A DNA stretch of 64,000 nt. It comes from Podarcis filfolensis (lineage: Eukaryota). This document shows positions 13,178 to 25,578 of this stretch, one piece after another; the stretch's first letter is position 1, and each line of letters opens with the position of its first letter. The DNA lies in the NCBI GenBank assembly GCA_964270895.1, contig OZ185439.1; one strand, given 5' to 3'. The notes under the pieces were generated by a model, which was not told the DNA's origin, searched no databases, and saw only the letters and a list, made by a program, of their open reading frames with translations. The translations under genes and the position numbers were made by a program.

Positions 13178-13308
13178 CAGGCTTCCTCAACCTCAGCCCT
13201 CCAGATGTTTTGAGACTACCCACCATCCCTGATCACTGGTCCTGCTAGTTAGGGATCATAGGAGTTGTAGGCCAAAAACATCTGGAGGGCTGAGGTTGAG
13301 GAAGCCTG
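13178..13308. mobile_element. hAT (Charlie-like) MITE, 131 bp
   Basis: 33-bp perfect TIR caggcttcctcaacctcagccctccagatgttt and 8-bp TSD GTCTAAAC. Confidence 0.9.
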
Positions 13309-13717
13309 GTCTAAACGCTCAGAAATCTAAAAAATGCAGGCACCAAGAACAGTCTCTTTCAAAAATGATAGGCTTACAGTTCAGGTACTTTGGTCCATCC
13401 AGATTCTATATTATGCAATCCTGACCTATGCAGCTTAGCTACTACAGCAGGAAAGGTCAGCCAGATAATAAAAACAATCCAGGCTTATGCTAAATAATGT
13501 CAAACTATTAAAATGAGTTAACTAACAATTGCAAGGAAAATTATTACTTGGTTTCGATTAGTCCATTGCAATTTTAAGAGAATGTTCAAGAGGCATGTTA
13601 AATGGAAAAAAATGTGTTTTTGTGCTGTTTTTGGAAGAAAATGGTTAAGTAGTCTTTTTCTACCCAAGCTTCCTGTGTTCCCACTTGCAGTGTGGCCAGG
13701 CTAATTTTGGTATAAAA

Positions 13718-13719
<2 letters not shown>

Positions 13720-13748
<29 letters not shown>
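13720..13748. repeat. (GA)n microsatellite
   Basis: Seen directly. Confidence 0.95.
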
Positions 13749-13751
<3 letters not shown>

Positions 13752-14083
13752 GGGAAGAAGACAGAAGAATTCAAGTAAGTGTGTAACATGAACCTGAATC
13801 TCAAAACAAAATAGGCAAATAGTGAGAGAACATGATACACAACTTATACAAAAGGAAAAATCATAGTGCATTATTGCATATTGCCACCATTCTCTTCTGG
13901 AGGACAGCCTCTGCACACACTATACCTGAGCAGAATAAACATTCAGAGTGCAAGATATAACTGGTGAGCTTTTGTTTGTCTTGAGTCCTTGAAACCATTT
14001 TTAAAAGTTCCTTTTGTGATCAGTAGCTGAGGCAGATTGTAGCTGGTGAGGGTGCATACAGTCAGCAGAGGGTACAGACCTGT

Positions 14084-14231
14084 TTAAGCGGAGTTTAAGT
14101 CCAGAGCTTTTGGGTGAGTTTTCTTGGAGGCCAACTCAGACAGCTTCTTCAGCCTCTTCTTCAGCTCCAAAGGGAATTTCTCATAGCACTTCTTGCACAC
14201 TGGCTTCATGTCGAATTCCACAAACTTATTC
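14084..14231 (-). CDS. LIMS2: LIMS2 exon 10 ([48 protein letters not shown])
   Basis: Acceptor ttgaaag, TAA at 14086-14084; 148 nt. Confidence 0.95.
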
Positions 14232-15420
14232 CTTTCAAAGAAATACAGAAGGATTTACTTTTCAGTTAGGAAGTCATGTGAGGCTTAACATCTAAGTGAG
14301 TAAGGTATGTGGTATACATTCCTTTCATTTTTTAAAAAACTTGCCAATATAAAATCTGTTCCAAATGAATGAGTTAGAACTATGCAAGTAGAAGATCTCT
14401 CGTCCAGTCTTCAGCATCGCAGGTTTAAAAGGGTAAAACAAAGAAATATATTTGCCAGTGAGGCTGGGGAGCCACTGCCTGTCAGGTACTGGATGCAGAC
14501 TGCTTCCCTTGTCCATTTCTGTTCTCTGTCTGAGATACAAAGGATCCCAATCAGAGCTTTCTCTGAAGAAAGAAAGAAAACATGACTGCTCCGGAAGAAG
14601 GCTAGGATCAAAGTGTGTGGACTTTTCATGATTTCTGAAAGGGTATCGGTTTAACGCTTGCTTCTTTCTCTTGCATTTTTCACATCTTTTCATAAAATGA
14701 ATATGTCTCATAAACTCAGTGCTTGAAATTCCAGGTGAGTGTGCTCAATTGTGACTAGATCTTCTTAGATACTTGCTCCAGCCTGCTAGTTCAAGCAGCA
14801 GGCTTGGGGGTGGGGGAAAGGCACTTCTTCTAAAACAAAATTTGCTGGTGGAGCAACCTCCGGCCTGTCATGTCAATCAACAAACTGGGAAATCAAAATA
14901 CAAGCAGATTGAGTAGTGAGCAAGTGCCATGGCCAGCCAATTGACACAATGGAATAAAGCCTATCTTGATAGAAGATTTGCTTACAGGTATGCATACTGT
15001 GACCCTACTGGCAGGCTTAAGTGACTATCTGAAAGCAAATCTTATGAATGAGCCCTCCACCTTGCAAGTTGACATGACATGCCCCCTCCTTGAAAGTAAT
15101 TATGGCACTGTTCCCGTCACACATTAGTTGCAAGTGCAACAGGACTAGCATAGGAACACTGCAAGACAAGGAGTGGCAGCCTGGACTATCTGGTCCCAAA
15201 AAGAAATGTCAAACTACTTGCTGGTGATGGAACACTTGTTTGAGTGTATACTCGTATACATATTTTCTCAGTGATTTCAAGGAGTGTCTCCTATGATTTA
15301 CATGCTTCTCTTGCCAAACTTGAGCCAGTTACTCTGACCACAATGTAACACTGCCAGACTGCAGTAACTCCCTGAGTCATGTTACCTTCCCCCCCAGGAC
15401 AACCTTTGCTGGCCACTTAC

Positions 15421-15496
15421 TTCAATGTGAGTTTGATGTTGCAGGTGGAACAAGCGAAGCAGTTCACACACCAAGCCTTGTTGAGAGCAGAGACCA
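15421..15496 (-). CDS. LIMS2: LIMS2 exon 9 ([26 protein letters not shown])
   Basis: Acceptor ccgctag, donor gtaagt; 76 nt. Confidence 0.94.
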
Positions 15497-15643
15497 CTAG
15501 CGGAAAATATCAAACAAGGGTGGGTTATCAAACTGCAGAACTGTACCAAATTGAGCAAGGACAGATGTGGGGGGAAATCAATCACTGAGGCCTTGTCCGT
15601 GCAGGGCTGCAACAGCTGCATTGACAAACAGGCTTAAACTTAC

Positions 15644-15692
15644 CATCCCCCTCAATCACATGGCTGCAGTTATAGCAGACATCTCCAAAGAG
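15644..15692 (-). CDS. LIMS2: LIMS2 exon 8 (LFGDVCYNCSHVIEGD)
   Basis: Acceptor gcacag, donor gtaag; 49 nt. Confidence 0.94.
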
Positions 15693-17296
15693 CTGTGCAG
15701 AAAAACAAAAAAGCAAAACAAAATGAGCTTTTTAAAACTAATGGAGGGGGTCTGTCTGCCCCTCTTTATCAAATCAGACAACTTGGTCCCAACAATGGAT
15801 TAATTTAGTGCCTCTACAATAGTGCCCCACATTACTTTACACATTTCAGGCACCTCAATAGCTTTTCTCACACATTTGCACCACAATCAAACTTGCATTC
15901 CCAAGGCTGCTTTTTGCACCCTTTGATAGGAATGGCACACCACAGTATTGTGTTGTGTATACCTGCCAGGGGGAAAATGTGAGCTTAAAAAAATAACAAC
16001 CCAGATCCTTGGGACCAGAAATATCTTTCTAAGAGAGGATGTGTACTGGGTTTTCTGGATTTAAAAAATAGTGGCTACTGCTTATTCTGAATCTGTTAAT
16101 CCGTAAGGGACAGGCCGAGGATCTGTTGGAGGGCAACATGCCTGCAATCCATTTCATCTTCACAAGGTTTCTATTGTGTTTTCTCCTCAGGGTTTCACTT
16201 ACTCAGGAATTAATGTTAACACAGGTGTTTGGTGCTTTGAAAAAAACTGATCTGCAAGAGGCAGGAATGGGCTGTCCCTAAATGCTGCCTCCAAGCAATT
16301 TTGTTATACAGTCTGCTTTCTTCCATCCTGAGTGCAGTGCAACCTGGCATCAAAGACAATTTGCAGGTGTGTACCCAGTTGTCTGTGTTCTTCCCCTTAC
16401 AGATTTGCTAAGTGCCTTACATGGAGTGCTAGCAAAGTGCCATCAGTAGGACAGTCTGCGTTTACTCTCTCCCACCAAAGTGGATGTGTCTCTCTTTAAC
16501 TTTTGTAAGAGAAAGGAAATGTGCAGCAATTAATGACACTGTTGAGGTGGAATAAAAGCCTCGCACATGCTCCAATCTCAAGTATTTCCAAATGCAGCTT
16601 TACAGCTACAAGTTAAGCAGGGTAAGGTTAAGAACTTTGAGTGACCCTGCAAAGAAGTAGGAAGAGACAATGAGCCCCACCCCCACCCGTGAGCTTAATG
16701 GGCAGAAGCCCATTGTCTTCCCTCCCCTCTCAACTGGCTCCTTCTGACACTGGCCTTCCAGCACATGCATAATCCCGTACAGTGATGAGGCTGCATGGTA
16801 TCTGAAGCTCAGCGAGATACAGAAAAACGGGCATAGGTATGTACTGTTACATGTTCCCCACTTCCTGAGTGATAGAGGCTACAGTATTGGGTATACCTTC
16901 CTTTGAAAGACAAAACTCTGGAGATATATTTGTGAAGAAAGAAATCTTGCGCAGCCCCCCCCCCCAAGTTCCCAGCTAGAATACTCTTGGCACTGGCTCT
17001 CCCCCCCCCAAAAAAAATTCTATTCAATTTAAAGAATGTTTATTTATGGTTAAGGTTGCTTAAGTTCCTTAAATTTGCATGTTGATACCACTAGGGGTTA
17101 GCAGCCTCACTCAGCTGAATCTCTTAAGATATTAAAAGTTTGAAATTCCTTACACCTCCTATTTGTAGGTGTTTCAGTTCAAACAGCAGGGATTTCTTAA
17201 ATTCCTCATTGGGAAACAACCTCTTATCTCTTGCTCATTTTGGGGGGTGGGAGTGGGGGTTTGGGAGTGCAGAGTTCAAATAAGAGCAGATTTTAC

Positions 17297-17389
17297 CTGG
17301 TTGTAATGAGTCTCGCAGTAAGCCAGACCTTTCTTCTCATAGTGCCGGTGTCCCAGGAATGGCTTCTCACATTTGGCACAAACAAAATG
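17297..17389 (-). CDS. LIMS2: LIMS2 exon 7 ([31 protein letters not shown])
   Basis: Acceptor ttccag, donor gtaaaa; 93 nt. Confidence 0.95.
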
Positions 17390-17540
17390 CTGGAAGGTTA
17401 AAAGTCATGTCAGAGTCCAGGGGTCTGTGCTACAGGCAGTTTTGTGCCAGAAAAGTGCCTTGATAAAATAAGTAGTATGCAAATATTTGCCAGCAAATAT
17501 GAACCACACCTTAGATAGACTCCTAATAATAGTTTGAGTA

Positions 17541-17782
17541 CAGTGGTACCTCGGATTAAGTACTTAATTCGTTCCGGGGGTCCGTTCTAAACCTGAAACT
17601 ATTCTTAACCTGAGGTACCACTTTAGCTAATGGGGCCTCCCGCTGCTGCCGCGCCACCGGAGCACGATTTCTGTTCTCTTCCTGAAGCAAAGTTCTTAAC
17701 CCGAGGTACTATTTCTGGGTTAGCGGAGTCTGTAACATGAAGTGTCTGTAACCTGAAGCGTATGTAACCCGAGGTACCACTG
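17541..17782. mobile_element. Tc1/mariner-type MITE, family A copy 1
   Basis: TIR cagtggtacctcgg(a/g)tta, TA TSD; sibling copies at 23277 and 55791. Confidence 0.9.
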
Positions 17783-18420
17783 TATAAAGCATTTAGGAAT
17801 GTGAATGATCAGCATGTCGTGGACAGATGTTTCAGCACAGCTTGCCTCTTGATGGGGATTAGTCACTGGAGTGTATTATATCAACCCTCCAGCAACAGCT
17901 CTGGCTTCTGATTTTCTCCCAGCTACACTTCAAGGTGCTGCTTATAATCTCTATAGAGTAATTTAATATACTGCCAAAGCATACTAAAGACACTGTTTTC
18001 TCAACTATGGATAAACTAAGACTGTCCTGCTGGGATTAATATTTGTGTCAATTTTATATCTTTGTTTGGAACACAGAAATGTATTCCCAGTGACTGTCCC
18101 ATAGTTGTGAAGCTCCTTTCTTTGATGACTCACTAAATCTTTTTGAAATGTAATGCTTTGCAAAAGAAGAAGCAGGGGTGTGGCTTTATTACTTGTAATA
18201 TGTTTGACATGTGCTTTGATACCTAAATAGTATATTTTGGGGAATAGGCTAGAGATCTAAATAAACAGAATAATAATGAATAAACCACCTGAAACAATTG
18301 CATGCAGCTCCTATGGCTTCAAAGGAACTGTGGCAGCATCTACTTATTAACACAGGCTGTGTCAGGAGTCTCTCTGTAACATGAATCCCAGAGCAAGTAG
18401 CGCAACAGGAGAATTCTCAC

Positions 18421-18571
18421 CTCCACATGCCATTGTTTCCCCAGAGCATTGACCACTCGACCCTCAATGGGCCTGCGACAGGCCCCACAGATTGGGATGC
18501 CCATCTTGTCATGGCAAGGCAGGCAGTAGAGCTCCCCCTTCAGCTCCCTGGCATCAGCTGTCAGCTCCTTC
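18421..18571 (-). CDS. LIMS2: LIMS2 exon 6 ([50 protein letters not shown])
   Basis: Acceptor gtgcag, donor gtgag; 151 nt. Confidence 0.95.
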
Positions 18572-19216
18572 CTGCACACAACAGACAGAATAATCAAGAC
18601 CTTAGCAGAAAAAGCTTGTCCTCAACACATCATGCTGATGGTCACTCCGCCCAAATAAACCAGGCACTCTCCTGACAAATAGGGATAAAGAGCAGCTCTC
18701 AAAAGGAAACATTAAACACAAACATCCTTCCTTTGCCTGCTGATTAACATGATTGTGACATACAAAAAGCTATTTTATAATGAGGTTCTTGTGAATCCAG
18801 TTTGAAATCTGTTTAGATAAGCAGGCTCCATCAGAAATGGCAGGGATTCTAAAATACTGTAAACTGTAGGGCCCATCAAGCTGCGGCTAAGTTCTAATGC
18901 CATTGCTTTTGTAACAACGAGCCTTCACAACTGGCTCTTTCCAAGGATGTTAAGACCCGTCAGGAATAGTGCCAGCTGAACAATGAATTGTATAAGGTGA
19001 AGTTTATTACAGCTCAGCACAATCACTACAATTCCTCTGGGGTTCTTTTTTATTATTCAAATGCTTTTTGAACTTCCGCATTCTTGTTAGTCAGTCTGCA
19101 GAAATGCAGCAAAGCTTATTCTTAAGATCACTCAGGTCCCTTGCAAGACCCCACAATTGCTCATTCTATGCCTTTTCACTTGCTCCAGAGTCCTAGCTGA
19201 AAGAGAGTTGACATAC

Positions 19217-19366
19217 CCGCAGTGGGTGCAGCTGAAGTGATCTGGATGGTAGGAATCATTCCTGAACATCAGAGGCTGTTCATCAATTATCAAGTGGCAC
19301 TTCTGGCAAATATACTTGCCCAAGCCCTTGGCTTTCTCACGATTATGGCAAGGCCTACAGAGGTGC
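19217..19366 (-). CDS. LIMS2: LIMS2 exon 5 ([24 protein letters not shown]...FSCTHCG)
   Basis: Acceptor ttctag, donor gtatg; 150 nt. Confidence 0.95.
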
Positions 19367-20923
19367 CTAGAACAGGAATTAAAGAAAAAAGTTGGGAGAC
19401 ATCATACAGGTATAAGCTACACAAGGTTGCTTTCTAGGCTACAGAGCTTCTCAGCTTTGTAGCTGAGAAGGCTTACTTGTGAATGCACCCAGTAGGGTAT
19501 ATTTAGAGACAAAAAGATTGCATGAATGGTCTAAAGCTGGCACTGATGGCAAGCATCAAGCTGAATTTTATTTTATTTCATGGCCAAAATTATTGGTTCC
19601 CCTACTCATGCTCTTCAACTACAATTTAGATATCCATAACAAAAAGAAGCATAAATGGTTAGACCATTCCAAATACATATTTTTGAGTACATACAATGCC
19701 AGCATGTGCATTTCCAAATGCAATGTATGCAGCTGTGCCTCTGTACATATGGAACTCCAGTGACACACCCGGTTTGCTTATCTGCGGAGTGAAGTGCATA
19801 GTCACAGAGGACAGCTGGTAGATGCAACAGTGCAAATACCTATGGGAAAGGAGCAAAGAGACCCTGGGCTTGTTCCAGGCAGTCTCACTGGCTTCCTGAG
19901 AGTTCCAGGCAGGTCACTTAGCCTCCAGGTCCCTACCAGTAAAATAAAGCTAATAATAAATCTCAATGTCACAAGGCTGTTGTACAGCCTTGTATTTTTA
20001 CAAGCCTCAAATAGAAAGTCCCAGTGAGCATAAGTGGAAAGGAATGTTATTAACACTCCCTCTTCACAAGTCTTCTACTCTGTTCCTCCCTAGAGCTGAA
20101 GATATTGCTGTCCCAGACAAGAGCCACAGTCCCTAGAAAGAAAGCAGACAGCGTTCCTTTATAAATGGGGGCATGCAGCTGTGTTCATCTCAGGATAAAG
20201 GCCTCAATTTTATTCCACACTGTGGAACGGAGTCTAATTATACAGGGCAGGACACTGAGACCCCTATAGCAAGTGTCCTAAAAAGAGCCCCCTCTCATTC
20301 AACTGAATAAGGGGCCTTAAGCCCTTTCCACTGACAACCCATTATCAGCAAGGCTCATTCAGAAGCACCCCCCCTACCATCCTATAGACCCTCCTCCACT
20401 GGAAGCAAAGGGAGGTCTTAGAATCACAGAGCCGTTTCTATGGCAGCCGTCCTTCTCACCCCCACTCCCACTATTATGGAATTATCCCCTTCTGAAATGT
20501 CCTGTTGTGTCTGCAACACCAAATTTCCTCTCCCTTTCTGCAACGCTTTCCAAACTCTCTAAAAGGGTCAGAGGGATCCAAAGAGTCAGCGTAAAAGGCA
20601 GAGGTTCAGAGTGAGAGAGAGAGAGAGTGCTAGAGAAACATTGGAATATTCATAAATACCACAGCAACTCCCCCCTTCCGAACAGCCCAGCTGGAATGAA
20701 AACTGTCTTTCACAGCAAATGTGTTATCTACCCTCCTCTCATGTGAGCAAGATGATAATGGACTATCATCTTCAACAGGGCTCTATATAGTGCAACTCAC
20801 CCTTCCACTGAACCTGCCACTGTCTGCAACTTCAGGATCATCACTGTTTTTAGCCTTTCTGTCTTACCTACATTTGCTGGCACTCTAAGAAGCTAACAAG
20901 ATCTTTACCTCTCTTTTCTACAG

Positions 20924-20941
20924 GACTGCAAGCTGCAAGAG
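20924..20941 (+). other. GPR17: Candidate GPR17 5' non-coding exon (or the 3' end of one)
   Basis: Pyrimidine tract plus ctacag acceptor at 20923 and a near-consensus AG|gtaagc donor at 20942, 4.7 kb upstream of the coding-exon acceptor. Inference only. Confidence 0.35.
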
Positions 20942-23276
20942 GTAAGCACTTTGGTTTCAATAAGAATTACAACCTTGGGGTGTGGGGGTGTGAAAATTGA
21001 GAACGTTCTCAGAGCACCATACTGTTCCCCAGGGCTTACAGATTATACAAGCTAGAAGGGAAAGTACAAGGAGTTGCAGGGACATTTTGATATTGGAAGT
21101 TTTATGCTCAAAATGCTCTGCAACACAGAGAGTGCATTCCACTTTTCTTTTGCATTCTGCCTTTCATTTAATGATGGGTACACAGCGCACAGACAGTGCA
21201 AGTGGTGCACTTTTTAGCAACTTGTGTGAAAATGGTCTAGCAGTTAGAAACTAGACACAAACAGCATGCAACAGCCAATTAAAGCTACTCTGATGAACCT
21301 ATACAGTATCTTCAAGTCATAAGAACAGAGCAACAGCACTGTAAAAATAGTGTATGCCTGGGATTTTTCCAGTTGACAAAATGTTCTTGCCACTACGCTT
21401 TTGAAAAATCATTCTGCTTTCCTAAGCAGAACCTCCTTGATATCTCACAAACTAAGATGATTTCTGGGGGCCTAGTAACAATGGATTGATGTTATCGTGT
21501 GCGAGTAATGATGTTACTTTCATTTATTCAAAGTCACCTAGATATACACTTATGAATGATATATAAACCATGACAGGAAATGAACTTTATTAACAGAAGT
21601 AGCATGTTGGTATACTAGTAAGAACGTAAAGACTCTTGTGAAAACGGTAGCAATGATCCAGAAGACTGCACACACAAAATGAGTTTGCATAAAATAGACT
21701 TGAATGCACAGCACACAATGCAAATGAGCAGCTGTGTGCCAAGTTACACTTCTACCTACTGTTCATGCAATTTGGAAAATTGTGGATAACTTACTCCTAA
21801 AACAGAACTGAATAGACAGATAGATAAAGCAATTGTTGCTATAGACCCTAACAACTCACTAGTAACACAATCTAAGAGAAGGTGGCCAGTCATTTTCCTA
21901 TTTCCTATTTATTGACTATTACAGCCAATACGAATAATTCCAAAAAGTATGTTTTATATGTCATATTCTTAAAATCCCACAACTGCAGTAACTACACCAG
22001 TGAAAGACATGTATGAGGGAGTGCTTTTAAAACCTCTTCTAGATCACGTTCTTTAAAACAGTGAAAGTGATGACAAGAACTATTCATGTGAATATCTCAA
22101 CATGTTCTACAGAGGTAGCTGCTCCACAAAAATCTTTCAGACAGTTATTAAGGTTCTGTTTATTTCACATGGAAAGGTACCAAATGGAGGCTGCTTGATA
22201 TTGCATCCCGTGAAGAACTGTGCAGGTACAGCAGTTCAATAAGAGGAGGAGATGCCCCCATTCAGTATTCTCCACATCACCGATAAGTTTGTTTGGTGAT
22301 GGTATGGGGGTGTTTCCAGACTACTGTTATTTTTGCACAACTTGCAGATTCAAGTTGCACAGATGAAGCTGATTTGGAGCTCTTGCAGAACAAACCCACT
22401 TCCCTAAAATAATGGACTTTCTGCGATAAGGAAGGGATTGCAAGTGTACTGGAAAGTGTAGGATAACACTTGCTTGACACAGCATTGTCTGATCTCCCCA
22501 TAAACAAATAAAGCTGAATGCTCATTTAATAGCCAGTGTTGCCTAAACTCTCCGCAGACAAATCAGGCTGAATGCTGATTAAACAAGTTGTCCAGAAGCA
22601 ACAGTGGAGACAAAACTGCCTCATGGTGAAAAATTCTCCAGAGTCATTGCATAGAGGCAGCCACTAGACAAATACTGTACCATATTAGCGAGCTTCCATG
22701 TGCCAGCCCTTTCAGGAAATAGTTTTAAGATAAACAAGTCAAATAAGGATGCAGTTTAAACAAATAGGTTTATTAGGAGTACACTGCCAAATATTTTTCA
22801 TGTCGATAACAAGCTCCTAATTTAGGGATCACATGGAAATAATTAGCAAGATTCCTGTGTGTGACATTTAATTGTGCAGTAGATATTTGCTATATATATT
22901 TTAAAAATTTTAAGTTAACACTGGAGATTGTTTAATGTCAACCATCAAAATTGTCTATGAAAAATGAGGAATTAAAAGCCTGCTGTGTTATTGCAACTTT
23001 GAGAAAAACAAGTGGAGAGAATTTCTAAAGCATTTGATGGAGATGTCCTGTTGCCCAACATTTAAGGAAAAAGATTTCTCCTCTGAACAAGGGGAAGGCT
23101 GACTTCTTGTGTGTGTAGGGGGAAGAAACTCCTTATTTTGCCTCTTTTTAAAAATGCTGTACAAGAGAGCACTCTGTGGTCAGATGAAGGAATTACACTT
23201 AAGTCTATTACAAAAGAGCAGTCTGTCCCAATTAGAGCTCAAGTTAAGATCTCAAACAATTTTCAGCTTTTACATA

Positions 23277-23501
23277 CAGTGGTACCTCGGGTTAAGAACT
23301 TAATTCGTTCTGGAGGTCTGTTCTTAACCTGAAACTGTTCTTAACCTGAGGTACCACTTAAGCCAATGGAGCCTGCTGCTGCACGATTTCTGTTCTCATC
23401 CTGAATCAAAGTTCTTAACCCGAAGTACTATTTCTGGGTTAGCGGAGTCTGTAACCTGAAGCGTCTGTAACCTGAAGTGTCTGTAACCCGAGGCACCACT
23501 G
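23277..23501. mobile_element. Tc1/mariner-type MITE, family A copy 2
   Basis: Same TIR and TA TSD, same orientation as copy 1. Confidence 0.88.
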
Positions 23502-23730
23502 TATTCAGAGAGCAGGAGCCATGGGTCCTTTATCCCAGCATGCTTTGCAGCAACCTGAGAGTACTTTGCACCACACATGGTATAGGTTAATGAACAATGC
23601 AATCCTAACCATGTTCACTCCCACTGAGTTCAATAGGACTGGCATATAAGGATGTCAGAGACATTTTATTCTGTTCACATTTAAAGGCTAATCTACTGGT
23701 TGGCCACTGTAAGAACAGGATGCTGGACTA

Positions 23731-24185
23731 CTGTTTCCCCCCAAAAGTAAGACACCCCCGAAAATAAGACCTACTTCCAGTTTTGCCTCTCGCTGTAATA
23801 TAAAGCATCCCCTGAAAAGACGACCTCCCCAATAATAAGGCCTCCCCAGAATATAAGGCCCCCGAAGCTACCGTAAGGCGTCTGATTCCTTTGGACCATA
23901 GCGGCGGGCACCGCCGCGCAGCTCACTGATTGGCTGCAGTGCAGCCGGAGCTGTTGAGGCAGTGTGAGGTCTCTTTAAATCAGAGAGCTCATGCCACTGC
24001 CAGGACAAGCTGCCGCCTGCTGCTCGCTCTGCCCTGACAGAGTCTGGCTGACTCACAATTAGACAATAAATGTGTACCGTATTCTTCTTCATGGAAAAAT
24101 AAGACATCCCCTGAAAATAAGACCTAGCGCATCTTTGGGAGCAAAAATTAATATAAGACACTGTCTTATTTTCGGGAAAACAGGA
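23731..24185. mobile_element. Tc2/pogo-type non-autonomous DNA element inserted into an older retroposon tail
   Basis: Imperfect TIRs (ctgtttccccccaaaagtaagac / gtcttattttcgggaaaacagg), repeated AAAATAAGAC subterminal motifs and TA at both ends. The flanks rejoin as caggatgctggacTAgatggg..ggcctgatccagcagg. Confidence 0.7.
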
Positions 24186-24726
24186 TAGATGGGTTGTTGG
24201 CCTGATCCAGCAGGCTCTTAGGATGTTGCATTTTCTTATGTACCAAAATGGCACTTCCTGAAACAATACACAAACCACAATAAAGCTATCCTTTGGGATT
24301 CATACTTATCTGAATTATGTGACACAATTCTCTGACCAATGTTTTTAAAAATGCACATATTAGAGAACATTGTGCAGAAAAATGGATACATTTGTGAAAA
24401 TAAAATGTAAAAATGCCTATTAGAGAGAAAAGCTTGCAAAAATGTAAATGTTGACAAAACTGCATACAAACATGCGTTCATTAAGAGAAATCTGCACTAA
24501 AATGCTGGTTTTGTTTTTTAAATTGCAAGTTGCTGCAGTAAGGTGGATCACATAATTTAAGATTGGAAAAATGAGATACAGAGAACTGAAATCGACAGAT
24601 CCTTCCATTCCATCCTTTTGAGTTACACTCTGCTTTGTGATTTTTTTACTTAATTCTAATGAAACATTTTATGCAGCTGTTGCTGTTGTTTCTAATGGGT
24701 CATCATAGTCTGGCATTTAAACAATC

Positions 24727-25000
24727 CTGTAATTCTCACTTCTACTGTGCCCTTAGCATTATTTTTTTTTTCAAAAATGTAAACACATAATTAAAAGTAC
24801 TTTATTGCTAAAAATGCTATCCATTATCTGAGTCTTCATTTCATCTTATGCATCCTCTTGTAAGGAGCAGCAGAAGCCACTGTGTGGTAGGGACAGGCTC
24901 CTGCAGCCTCGTCTCCAATCCAGCAGTAGCTGTTCCTCCAGTGCTTCAGTTTGTAAAAAAATACAATATCTGCAAAGCGCAATAAAGTGATGTATGCCTG
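24727..25000 (-). mobile_element. Internally deleted Tigger1-like DNA transposon relic
   Basis: Minus strand begins CAGGCATACATCACTTTATTGCGCTTTGCAGATATTG...TTTTTTACAAACTGAAG, and the other end carries ttagcaataaagtact.ttaatt; both resemble my recollection of Tigger1 termini. Confidence 0.6.
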
Positions 25001-25420
25001 TCCGTTGTATATTATCCTGTAAACTTTACAGCTTTAGCCGTCCCCCCCAAAAAATATTAACAATTAAGAGATTCTAAGAACCAGTTTATTATACTGCAAA
25101 ACTTTTAAAAACTAAACTTACTAAAACAAAGTAGAGTACATACATTTTTAATGGTCATGGAGAGCACAGAAAAAGTGTGGCTAAGATCTAGAAAGGCTCT
25201 TGTGTGCATACAAACTGAGTATGTACAAGGTTTGGCCAATTTTTACTTCTGATGGCAGCCCCTTTTATCTCACGGGGTGCTACTTTAAGGGAGCCCCTCA
25301 CTATTTGGGGGTGGCTTTTTAAGCGAGTGGAAGCTGTCAGGAGTAAAACTGGAAACCCCTCTAACATATGCAGAACATGACATAGGATGCTTTGGATCCT
25401 GGCCAACATTCATTACAAAC

Positions 25421-25578
25421 CAGTGGCGTAGCGTGGGTTGTCAGCACCCGGGGCAAGGCAAGTAATTTGCGCCCCCTAACCCGTGGATTTGCGCCCCCTA
25501 ACCCATGGATTTGCCCTAACCCCAGATGTTGCGCCCGGTGCGGCCAGCCCCCCCTGCACCCCCCACGCTACGCCACTG
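25421..25578. mobile_element. hAT MITE, family B copy 1, with internal CCCTAA-containing units
   Basis: 17-bp TIR cagtggcgtagcgtggg and 8-bp TSD TTACAAAC. Confidence 0.9.

Noticed and set aside
13467-13472. Plus-strand AATAAA as the end of a very long MYO7B UTR
   Set aside because: An earlier canonical signal exists at 9481, and the hexamer is common in AT-rich DNA.
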